Positions 1 through 15,357 of a DNA stretch of 34,897 nucleotides are shown one piece after another (the first letter of the stretch is position 1; every line of letters starts with the position of its first letter). The position numbers were made by a program, and so were the translations under genes. The DNA is from Circinaria calcarea (taxonomy: Eukaryota), in NCBI GenBank assembly GCA_051942165.1, contig JAVECS010000034.1, forward strand, positions 1 to 34,897, written 5' to 3'. Below the pieces are notes generated by a model. That model saw nothing but the letters and a program-made list of their open reading frames with translations, did not search any database and was not told where the DNA came from.

Positions 1-1
1 C

Positions 2-199
2 GCGAGGCTCCAGAAAAACCTGAAGACGGCGCAGCAGGCGCGGTTGGAAGGCTTCTTCAAGCCGGTAGAGAGGACGGAGGAGGAGAAGAAGAACCTAAAG
101 CGGAAGAACGAGGAGAAGAAGGAGGAGCAGAAGAAGAAGCAAAAGCTGGAGCAGAAGTCGAAGAAGGAGGCGAAGGCGAAACCGAGGGGGACGGCTTAG
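2..199 (+). CDS. FEN1: Flap endonuclease 1, 3' end only (truncated by the window edge)
   Basis: Frame from nt 2 reads [35 protein letters not shown]...KPRGTA*. It has a PCNA-binding PIP box (QARLEGFF) followed by a lysine-rich tail, typical of the FEN1/Rad27 C-terminus. Not in the ORF track. Confidence 0.85.
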   Translation, partial: ARLQKNLKTAQQARLEGFFKPVERTEEEKKNLKRKNEEKKEEQKKKQKLEQKSKKEAKAKPRGTA

Positions 200-831
200 A
201 TAGGCTTCCGGGAACGGGATTCAAGGAGTTAAAGCAGGCAGGCACGGATGGGTTTTGGCATGGTTTGGCTGTTGGTGAGGGTAGCTGGCATGGCGAATCT
301 GGCGTTTGCTAGAGAGCTTGGAGTTGCAAGCTCAGTCCTGTCAATGACTCGTAATGTCTCCTCATTGGGTTGCCGGTTTCATTGGGAGAGCAGAAGTCCA
401 AGGATGTCTAAGAAGATGCATTGGGTGTATATAGTCCTAGGGGCAAAATAGCACGGGGATCTTAACGGTATCGAATATCATTAAAAGAACATCAGCAACA
501 GCGTTAAAACTCGTTCCAGATTTATTCCTCTGGAATAATACTTAAAAGCGTAAATAAAGCCGTCGACCTAGTGAAAAACTCAATGGCCGGAAATCTTGGG
601 AGGTTTGGCTTAGTCATCGGGGTTTGCACTGAGAGAAGACATCACATTGAGTGACAACGCTTCCTCTCATTGATCCCATCCACCCAAGGCCAATTAATCA
701 ATACCCATGTATGGCATCCATCCTCGGCACTATAGTGTTGACGGCAATGGGATAAATGATCGGTTGAAAACATGGCACAGGTTGGGATGAACATCCAACT
801 TTGCGACTGAACCACTTTTGCCGCATCCATC

Positions 832-1913
832 ATGGTGGTACCACCGTCAAGAGACACCCCACCCAAGCCAATCGCGGTTCGCAATGTCAAGAATGTCGCG
901 CTGGGAGATACCCTCTTCAAAACATGGTATCCTTCCTTCTACCCGGAAGAGCTGGTGGGCAGAGAGGTGGACCGGCTCTACGTATGCCAGTGGTGTTTCA
1001 AGTATTCAAAAGAGCTCATACCATTCCTGGCTCATGTGGTACTGTCTTCTTCCCGGGGACATCCCAATTGGAAAGCTTCCGACACAACTGACTCCCTACA
1101 AAAGAAACTGTGCCAGGCAAAGGAAGAGTCGTCTCCCGGGAGACTCATCTACTCCAAGGATCAATGCTCGATTTTCGAAGTCGACGGCGAAGAACACAAG
1201 GCGAGTAACTCTTTGCTCCCCCAACTACTCAAAGCCCAAGTGGTCCTCATGTTGCCTCCCCCTTTTCTTAGCTTTTTACCCAGAACCTCTCTCTCTTCGC
1301 CAAGCTCTTCCTCGACAACAAATCCGTCTTCTTTGACGTTGCCTCGTTCAACTACTATCTCCTCGTCCATCGCCCTCCGTCACCCAACCCGGACAATGAT
1401 GCCCAGCAACAGCAGCAGCAGCAGATTGTCGGTTTCTTCAGCAAAGAAAAGATGAGCTGGGACGACAACAATCTCGCGTGCATCCTGGTCTTCCCTCCGT
1501 GGCAACGCAAGGGTTTGGGCAAGATCCTGATGGGCATCAGCTACGAGCTCAGCAGGAGGGAAGGTCGAATCGGAGGGCCGGAAAAACCGCTGAGCGAGCT
1601 CGGGAGAAAGGGGTACCTGGGCTACTGGGAAGCGAGAGTTGCTGGGACGATCCTGGGAATCAGAGCAAAGACAACGGTCAGCGTGGATCAGATAGCGGCC
1701 GAATGCTGGATGTTGGTGGACGATGTCATGGTCACCTTAAAGGAGATGGGCGTGTTGGAACTCCGGAAGAAAGGCAGTGGGAATGTGATGATCAACAAAG
1801 TTGCAGTCAGGAATTGGGTGGCCTCAAAGGGCATAGACCTGAAGCCGCCTGTTCACGAGGATGGCTTCACCCAGGAGTGGCTTTTGCAAATTTCAAGGGA
1901 AAGTGATTCGTGA
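832..1913 (+). CDS. SAS2: MYST-family histone acetyltransferase (Sas2-like); exons 832-1038, 1105-1200, 1272-1913
   Basis: Motifs TWYPSFYP, zinc finger LYVCQWCFKY, FEVDGEEHK|LFTQNLSLFAKLFLDNKSVFFDV, VGFFSKEK, NNLACILVFPPWQRKGLG and GGPEKPLSELG. Introns 1039-1104 (GT-AG) and 1201-1271 (GC-AG). The start codon is less certain. Confidence 0.88.
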
Positions 1914-2158
1914 ACCAAGGTGAATGGTGCAAAGTGATTATAGTGTTGCGGTTTCTTCTCCTTGATTCTAGATGAGGAACCCACCAACTAAAGGGTTGAG
2001 CAAAAAGGCACAAACTTCTAGTTACATTCAAGTCCAAAGACTTGTTTTTCGGGCTGATTCATCAAACACTTGGGTATTGAACGCCGGCCAAGTTGGCCTA
2101 TGCAACGCCGGAAATCTAGAGAGACAGTCTAAAGACGTGTTCGTAATTCATGACGGCG

Positions 2159-7211
<5,053 letters not shown>

Positions 7212-7367
7212 CTTGGTGTCTATTATCGAATGTCAAGTGCAGTGAGACACTGAGGAGCTCCCAGGTGCGAATACATGAATCTTAAGCAGAATTTTGACTT
7301 GCTTCTCGATGTTTGAATGCTCTCTTCAAGGTGTTGACTGTCCTCGTTGACTCACAAGCACTGTAGC

Positions 7368-8000
7368 TCTCGTCCACACAAATTATCCCCCGCAGTACAA
7401 ATCATCCCGCAGTACAAATCATCCCGCAGTACAAATTATCCCGCTATACAAAATTATTGCGCCGCCATACAAATTATTGCGCCCATACTAATTCTCGTCC
7501 ACACAAAATTATTGCGCCCACACAAAATTATTGCGCCCATACAAAATTATTGCGCCGCCATACAAATTATTGCGCCCACACAAAATTATTGCGCCCACAC
7601 AAAATTATTGCGCCGCCATACAAATTATTGCGCCCATACAAAATTATTGCGCCCACACAAAATTATTACGTCGCCATACAAATTATTGCGCCCATACAAA
7701 ATTATTACGCCGCCATACAAATTATTGCGCCCATACAAAATTATTGCGCCCACACAAAATTATTGCGCCCATACAAAATTATTGCGCCGATACTAATTCT
7801 CGTCCACACAAAATTATTGCGCCCACACAAAATTATTGCGCCCATACAAAATTATTGCGCCCATACAAAATTATTGCGCCATACTAATTCTCGTCCACAC
7901 AAAATTATTGCGCCCCATACAAAATTATTGCGCCATACAAAATTTATTGCGCTCATACTAATTCTCGTCCACACAAATTCCCTATACTAATTCTCGACCA
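7368..8000. repeat. Composite minisatellite: ~24 copies of AYACAAAATTATTGCGCCC (18-21 nt), ~5 interspersed ATACTAATTCTCGTCC units, and 4 leading ACAAAT(T/C)ATCCCGCAGT-type units
   Basis: Read and counted directly from the sequence. Confidence 0.97.
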
Positions 8001-8006
8001 CAAGAC

Positions 8007-8470
8007 TACTCCACCGTAGCAAAAAGGTAGCCCACCGCTGCAAACAGCACCGCACCCCAGCCAGCTGAACTCCAACCTTTGGACACGACACTGCTGTGAT
8101 GGTATACTTTGCTGTCGTCGCTGTCGCTCAACCGGCAAGTGTACTCTTGGTCGAGAATAAGCATGGAGGAGAAAACCCCCCTCCACATTCGAGAACATGA
8201 TTAAAGCCCACAGTACTTCGCGAGGAGCAATATGTACGTAGCGAATGAGACCTTGCGGCTGAGCTGACGAAGGGATACGCATCTACCGGTGAATACTCTC
8301 ATCTGCTTTGTGGCCAAGCTCACCAGCGAAGGTTTGGGAATTATAATCTATTCTGCATCCGACTATGGTTCTATGTGCTCTATCACTATGCCGGCAAAAT
8401 TCCAGCAAGGAATGTCATTCTTATTATCCCTTACTTCCCCATACATCTAGTCAAATTCCACTTGTAAGTC
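8007..8470 (+). mobile_element. Possible degenerate pogo/Fot1-like (Tc1-mariner) transposon relic
   Basis: TA followed by CTCCACCGTAGCAAAAAGGTAGCCCACC recalls fungal pogo-type ends (from memory, unverified). Frameshifted fragments at 8360-8463 (DYGS ... NVILII / LLPHTSSQIPL) resemble the DDE_1 motif DGHGSH...NNIxLLxLPPHTSHxLQPLD. No second terminal repeat was found. Confidence 0.3.
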
Positions 8471-8802
8471 ATGTTATTATGCCACCTAAGAATCTAGGCT
8501 TCCTAGATTTTCATGTTTTGAGCAAAGAGATAGAGTTGCTTGTAAAGCTACGCTATAATGATCACTACTGGTGTATCAGCCATTTAAAACGGTCTATCCG
8601 GGTAGTGTCCAATGAAGTGCAATTCGTCTGAAGCATACTCAAGTGTACCAAAACCAGTTGTGCTCCAGTTGCTCCGGATTCACCCTATTAGAGTGAGTAC
8701 TCCGTTTGTATTCGAGTCGGTAGAAATCTCTAATAGAGCCCAAGGTAGGAGGACGGACGTTATTTCTCTTGCCAATTCAATAAGCCGATTCCGCGGCTAG
8801 CA

Positions 8803-9849
8803 ATGGCCCTCCTCTCGATTACTGCCGACTCCAAGCCCTCCCGGATTGCGCTCCTGGCCTATGTCGTCCTATTCACTTTCATTGGCATCCATTTCCTTTA
8901 CCTGATGCGGGGTGGTCCTCTCACATACGGTCGATCTCCGACAGCGGTCAATCATACCAACACCATGGTCAAACCTGACTTCCCTAGGAAGATATGGCAA
9001 ACTTCCAAGACCAGCCCTGCAGGATTAGATCACATGGACAGGACTTCAATACAGTCGTGGACGAAAATGAATCAAAAGTGGCGCTACGAAATCATCACAC
9101 AGTATAGCGCCGAAAGTTATGTGCGAGATCGGTTCTCTCATCGGAGAGACATTGAAGAAACGTTCACGGACCTGCAAGACCCAATCCTTCGAGCGGACTT
9201 GATCAGATATCTAGTGCTTCTTGGAGATGGCGGTGTCTATAGCGACATCGATACCAAGTCGCTAAAGCCGATTGAAGATTGGGTTCCTGCGGCATACAAG
9301 GACCATGCGAACATAGTGGTCGGAATCGAGTACGACAGACTTGAAGGCAACCGATGGATAGACTGGACCTTGGATCTGCAATTCTGTACATGGGCGATCA
9401 TGGCGAAACCGGGCCATCCGCTGCTGGAGATGACGGTCAACCGGGTCATTCGAGGTTTGAGGAAACTTGCCTTTAAACAAGGGAAAACGATTTCCGGGAT
9501 CAAACCATCCTTCAACGAAGTTCTGGACACGACCGGACCGGCTCTTTTCACGCAGTCCATTTTCGACATTCTGTCACGTTCGACGGGAACCAACTTCACC
9601 TGGCTAAACGTAACAAAGCTCACCTCAGCGAGACTGGTTGACGATATCCTCATTCTCCCCATCACCGCCTTCGGGTCCGGTCAGTCCCATTCGAACAGCG
9701 GTAGCCCGAACGACGACACCGCCTTGGTCGAGCATTTGTTCAAGGGATCGTGGAAGAATGATCATCCGATGGAGGAAAAGAAAGAGGATTCTAGTTCCTC
9801 GGACGTGGACAGCGTCAGTAGAAGGTCTACGAATGACTTCTTTCAGTAG
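8803..9849 (+). CDS. Glycosyltransferase family 32, Och1/Hoc1-like alpha-1,6-mannosyltransferase; type II membrane protein, intronless
   Basis: N-terminal TM segment, FPRKIWQT, ILRADLIRYLVLLGDGGVYSDIDT (DxD), VVGIEYD, QFCTWAIMAKPGHP, TTGPALFT, VEHLFKGSW. Confidence 0.9.
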   Translation: MALLSITADSKPSRIALLAYVVLFTFIGIHFLYLMRGGPLTYGRSPTAVNHTNTMVKPDFPRKIWQTSKTSPAGLDHMDRTSIQSWTKMNQKWRYEIITQYSAESYVRDRFSHRRDIEETFTDLQDPILRADLIRYLVLLGDGGVYSDIDTKSLKPIEDWVPAAYKDHANIVVGIEYDRLEGNRWIDWTLDLQFCTWAIMAKPGHPLLEMTVNRVIRGLRKLAFKQGKTISGIKPSFNEVLDTTGPALFTQSIFDILSRSTGTNFTWLNVTKLTSARLVDDILILPITAFGSGQSHSNSGSPNDDTALVEHLFKGSWKNDHPMEEKKEDSSSSDVDSVSRRSTNDFFQ

Positions 9850-10046
9850 GTTGATTAGTGGGTTCATTGCAGGAAGGCCGGTAGGGAGGTTTTGTCTAGC
9901 CTACAACTTGCATGAAACAATAGAAATAGATTTGGTATATTAAGTGTATGTTCGGAATCTCGTGCAATGTGCTATGTAGAGTATCTAGCATATCTGTAAC
10001 GATCTTCCTGGCCACAAAACACGTCTAACATCCCTCTAACCATGCT

Positions 10047-10667
<621 letters not shown>

Positions 10668-11459
10668 CTAGAAAAGCGCTTGTTAAACCACTGAACACTT
10701 GCGTCCATGACAGACGGGTAAATGGAAGAGAGAGAAAGAGAGAGAGAAGAGACTCTTACCTACACAACAGGTGTGATCCTCAGTCGAGATAGACGAGTAT
10801 ATGTAATTGGGATTGTGACTTGCAAAGATGGAAAAAAAAACAGACAGAACTTGTGTGCCGATCGCTTATCTCGCTTAAAATTTACTAGTGCGCATTTAGG
10901 CTTCGAGTGATTTAGCCGCAGGCTTAAGAGTTCACTACAAAGGCGTAGGTAGTGTACATGAAAGCTGTACAAGCTAGCATCTACAATGCAATACCCATAT
11001 TAAAGAAAGTCTAGGTGGAGCTGCTGCTTCCTTTGGTTTAGTCCCACTATGCTCCTCGAAACGATTTAGTCATTCAAGCCTGATTATATCCTTTCTTTTT
11101 GGAGTTACGTTCATAACAATTTTTGGAACCCTTGTTCATTCTTGGATGAAGGATTTTTTTTTGGTATCGTGCTATCTAGCATCTGCAGCATACCCGAGAT
11201 TTCCAAATGAGTGTAATTGTGCTACATAGCATGTGCAGATTGCTAAGATATCCAAAAGAGTGTAATCGTGCTTTGCACCGAGCCGCAAAAGGTCCATCAA
11301 ATTTTCTCGAACCACGGAGCTGTCATCATAATTTCATCAAATCCGCCAAAGCTGTCATCACTATCTTATCATATCCGCCAAAGCTGTTCTCATCCATATG
11401 CATTCCATCAGCTAACGCCTGGAGTTTGGTCCAAAGTGAAGATCAGAATCCAGAGAACC

Positions 11460-13721
11460 CTACTCCAAGTAAGGATTGCCAAAGTAGGGATCATCGCTTT
11501 CTCCTAGATCATTTGACCACAACTGATCAACGTCGAAAGGGTCCTCGAGCTTCTCCATTATGAGTGCCTGCTCCCTCTCCAGTTCAGCGATCGCATCTTC
11601 CGACAAAGAGTTAAAGAACAACTGATTATCGTAGCGGTCTAGGTGAGGTGGATCGAAGGCGTTGGTAGTGTTATTAATCTGACTGTTGCTAGTCAAAAGG
11701 GAGGTACTCCCTGTCGCATCCAAGCTACTATCGAGGTCGAATAATTTTGAAGCTGCTGGTGAAGATGAAGAAAGCTCAAGCTCTGGTGGGGTGCCATACC
11801 GACTGGAGGAACTCTTGCATGGTGAAGTTTGGCTTGGAAGCAGTCCTTCAATCTCCTCGGGTATGCTGGTGATTGAACACCGCTTTACTGGAGGGCTTTG
11901 GCTGGTGGCTTTTGGAGTACACGAATAATGTGAATAAGGCGGTGAAGGACGGTTTCCTGTGCTGTATCCGGGCGAAGGTGGTGGTGTGTAGGAGAAAATG
12001 TCAGGCGACACACCGCACGACATCGGGTCCGTCTGGTTAAAATCATTAAAGGTAATTGTGCCTCGGATGTCCATATCGTCAACATTCTGTGGCGGACTCG
12101 GCAAGGAGTATTCAGAAGACCCAGACATCGAGGATGCATATCCCTTCTTCTCTAAAACTCTTTGGCGTGTCCTTGCGGCTTTTTCACGACGTTCTTCAGT
12201 TTCAGGTCGATTATTCTTCTTTGGTCTCCCACGTCTAACCTCCTTCTTGGGGAAGCCTTCAATTGCACCAATGCACATTCCACGTTGTCGGTGTCTAGTC
12301 AAAGCATCGTGTCGGGCGAAGCTATTGCCACAGGCACAAGGATACGGCTTGACACCGCTATGGATCTTGGAATGTCGCTTCAAGTCATGCTGACGCACGA
12401 AGCACTTGCTGCAATAGTTGCATCGATACTGACGATCGCCAAGATGTGTTTGAACGTGAGACTTGATGTTCTCTTTTCTTCCAAACTTCTTTCGGCAGCC
12501 GGGGAAGAGGCATTTATACTTGTCATCTTCACTTGAAGGGCCCGGTGGTAGGATGAAAGCAGCAATTTCTTCTACAGAAATGCCGGTATCTTCGACGAGT
12601 TCAAATTCCAGATCACGGCCAATGTCTGAGATTGACTGAGATCTTGTTGGTGCTTCTTCCTTCATAGGCGAGGAGTAGCTCAGAAGATCTACAGCGCTCC
12701 TTGATGCGGGCATAGCTGACTGATGGGATTCATGCGGCGGGAACGTAGGCATGTTCTGGTCAAGGTTACCGAAGAGATCCACGTGCGCCAATTCTGGAGA
12801 GGCCTGGAAGGACGACATTTCGGGCGAAACGCGATTCGACATCGGAGAATAATTCGAGGGATCGTATGTTTCATTGCCTGGGAAATCCATCCTGAGAGTC
12901 GACATGTTCATGAAACTAGGTGCTGATATGGGTCGCGCTTCAAAGACACTTGAAGAGAACAAGGGGACGGTATTAGGAGGCGATGGTATACTCGGACTTC
13001 CCTGCCTCATGTCGTCGAATGCGCTCTGACAAGACGAACCTCTCTTCATTGGCGTTGCAACTGGAGTCCTAATCATTTCACTTTGGGGTCGACGAGTTGG
13101 AGAAGACCGTGCTGTGCGACTGGGAGTACCTTGTTGCGTGTATGATCGCCGTGCGAACGGTGTGGTAGTAGGTGTGGGAAGATATCCTGAGGACTTTGAA
13201 TCAGTGGGTATCCCTCGACTTGAAGGCTCTGAATGCTTACCTTTAACAACCTGGTTAGGTGGAGTACATGGCCGTTCTGGAGGCACATTTTGATTGAATC
13301 CATAGAGGGAGGTATTTGCACTACCAAGGAGTGCTGAAAAATCAGTACCACTACATTCAAAATAGGCCGGTTGATTTGTTGGGTGGCTCATCGTTGTAGA
13401 CGACTGGTTTTGATATGTATGATTATGTTCCACTAAAATGCTTGGTTGCTGGTGTTGGCCCGGTCGAGCCTGTTGATGCTGCTGCGTTTCTCGCAAGGTC
13501 TGCTGTTGGTATAGTCCGTGGTTAGTATTTCCATTATCCTGCAGGGATGGCTGGTGTGGTTGTTGTCGATTGGCTTGCTGGTCTAGCTGGAGACCTTGTC
13601 GATGGGTTCCGTCAAGGGAGTGTTGGTGTGCAGGAAGAAAGGGTGCGTTCAAGGCGACGTCGTTGGCTCCTGGAGTCGAGTTTTGTCGCGGGTGAAGGCT
13701 GAAAGACTGATTGGACAGCAT
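11460..13721 (-). CDS. ACE2: Ace2/Swi5-type C2H2 zinc-finger transcription factor; likely in-frame intron 13187-13240
   Basis: YKCLFPGCRKKFGRKENIKSHVQTHLGDRQYRCNYCSKCFVRQHDLKRHSKIHSGVKPYPCACGNSFARHDALTRHRQRGMC is the Ace2/Swi5 finger signature. First ATG at 13721 (MLSNQS); many S/T-P sites. Confidence 0.88.
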   Translation of the reverse strand: MLSNQSFSLHPRQNSTPGANDVALNAPFLPAHQHSLDGTHRQGLQLDQQANRQQPHQPSLQDNGNTNHGLYQQQTLRETQQHQQARPGQHQQPSILVEHNHTYQNQSSTTMSHPTNQPAYFECSGTDFSALLGSANTSLYGFNQNVPPERPCTPPNQVVKGKHSEPSSRGIPTDSKSSGYLPTPTTTPFARRSYTQQGTPSRTARSSPTRRPQSEMIRTPVATPMKRGSSCQSAFDDMRQGSPSIPSPPNTVPLFSSSVFEARPISAPSFMNMSTLRMDFPGNETYDPSNYSPMSNRVSPEMSSFQASPELAHVDLFGNLDQNMPTFPPHESHQSAMPASRSAVDLLSYSSPMKEEAPTRSQSISDIGRDLEFELVEDTGISVEEIAAFILPPGPSSEDDKYKCLFPGCRKKFGRKENIKSHVQTHLGDRQYRCNYCSKCFVRQHDLKRHSKIHSGVKPYPCACGNSFARHDALTRHRQRGMCIGAIEGFPKKEVRRGRPKKNNRPETEERREKAARTRQRVLEKKGYASSMSGSSEYSLPSPPQNVDDMDIRGTITFNDFNQTDPMSCGVSPDIFSYTPPPSPGYSTGNRPSPPYSHYSCTPKATSQSPPVKRCSITSIPEEIEGLLPSQTSPCKSSSSRYGTPPELELSSSSPAASKLFDLDSSLDATGSTSLLTSNSQINNTTNAFDPPHLDRYDNQLFFNSLSEDAIAELEREQALIMEKLEDPFDVDQLWSNDLGESDDPYFGNPYLE

Positions 13722-15357
13722 GATTTGCAAGACGAGTTCGAAGACGAGAGTTTGTCGAAGGTATTGAGAAATGTCCTTCGTGGTTCGAGACTGTCGAAGT
13801 CCTTAGCTTCCAATGCGTTTAACAGAACTTCGTTTGCTGGTCTACGTTCACAGGACTGTACAATACCTACCTCACGCAGCGCAGCCGTTCGGCCGGGCTA
13901 AGATGATTTGGATTGTTCCTTCACCAGTCGATAGGTAGAGGCTGGTTCTATTTGCGATAGTGATTGTGCCCTCTCCGGGCGTGAACGGGGATTTTGTCTG
14001 GAGTAGAAAGCTTCCCCCGGATCGAAGCTTCTGGGTAGATTGTCAGAGAAGTAGAGCTGGTCTTGTGTATTGTGTGCAATGGATAAGAGTTGCTCTTGAT
14101 GTGGAGGAGAATTATGGTAATTGTGGAAGTTGTGGATTGAAAGCTTTGGAAGAGATGCATGGGGAATCGTAATGCATGATGCTTGTTTACCGATCGACAC
14201 AGCAACGAAGTTTCCGACAGGGGAGCTCCTAAGGTTTAGCGTCTGTTTCACCGCGCTAGCATTCCCAACCACCCATTTAAATAAATCCACGAATCACAGC
14301 TACCAATCCTGCCCACTAGGGAGAAAGGGCTGCAGCATCGGCCGCATTATGAATGGATCCTATCAGATGCAGATACTCCTCGGGCATGATTTGCATAGTG
14401 TACCTAGACGTGTTTCCCTAGGGCCCACGAGCAGCCGAGTCCAGCATACGTGGTGTGCAATTTTAGTATCCAATGTCTGCGGAGTGACCTACCTATACCA
14501 CTTTATACCACTACGACTATACTCCAAGGAAGGGGAGGGTCATAATAACAAAACGATACCACCACCACCACCACCTTGTCCTTTGAGAAGTTCGTAAGGA
14601 AAATTTCGGGGATGTAAACCATGACCGCATTTGATATGGAGTACGGAGTACTTGCGGAAGATTACTCCGTTACTCCAGATCGTTATCATAGCCGAGTGAT
14701 TTCCCCGACAGACCCCTTCCTTTTAGCTCCGTAAAAGCTTCTCCCCCGTGTCCCCTATCCATTTTCGGAATCGGAGGTCATCAGTCGAGAGAACGGATAG
14801 CGTTACAGACGAGAGCTTTTTTTGATTGCAGCCGAGTGGGACATGTATAAAGTTTGGGTTGCGAGTGGCGATTCAAAGGCTCATAGAAGTCGAATCCAGT
14901 TGGTATCAGATAAGCCCATTCATTCCGTGTTTCGCAACATCTGGGACTTTGCGGACTAGGAATCCCCCTCCTCCCTCCATCCCGTCACCCGTCTCCTTGT
15001 CAGCAAAGTTTCTCAGACCCTACCCTATATGGCTACGATACGAACGAAAGGGCGGAGATGCCCGTGACATGCGGTGGTACTCGTCAAACGTGGGAGGGGA
15101 GGGGGGACAATTACAAGACGATCGATTTTGCACACTATATTACCTACTTTGTAGCATTCATTAGCCTACTCACGAACCGCAAGATAAGGTTAAGGGAAGG
15201 GCTTAAACAGATATCAGGTTTTGGTTTGGGTTTTGGAAGTTAGACCGATCGCTATCATAAAATCTCCCCAGCATATCCGAGCATGCCGCTGAATCGCTGA
15301 GACAGACCCTTCTGGGTGGAAAGAGAGTTATAGGTACAAGAGGAGCGAGCTGGATAC

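Noticed and set aside
772..831. Upstream mini-exon ATGGCACAG|gttggg for SAS2
   Set aside because: I found no in-frame AG acceptor near the putative branch site, so the ATG at 832 was kept as the start.
7347..7990. Three overlapping repetitive ORFs (HTKLLRP/IIAPTQNYC), or a CRISPR-like array
   Set aside because: The ORFs arise because the repeat unit has few stops on this strand, they start at TTG, and the unit lengths shift frame. There are no unique spacers or cas genes, and the context is eukaryotic.
11095..11175. Sm-site-like AATTTTTGG motifs suggesting an snRNA
   Set aside because: No U1, U2, U4 or U5 hallmark sequences nearby (for example the U5 loop GCCTTTTAC). More simply explained as A-rich 3'-end sequence of ACE2 on the minus strand.
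11341..11387. 15-nt direct repeat ATCCGCCAAAGCTGT x2 in the ACE2 3'UTR
   Set aside because: A short local duplication with no further support for function.
13835..13842. Ace2/Swi5-type site (GACCAGCA, minus strand) in the ACE2 5' intron, suggesting autoregulation
   Set aside because: A single short match that is expected by chance.
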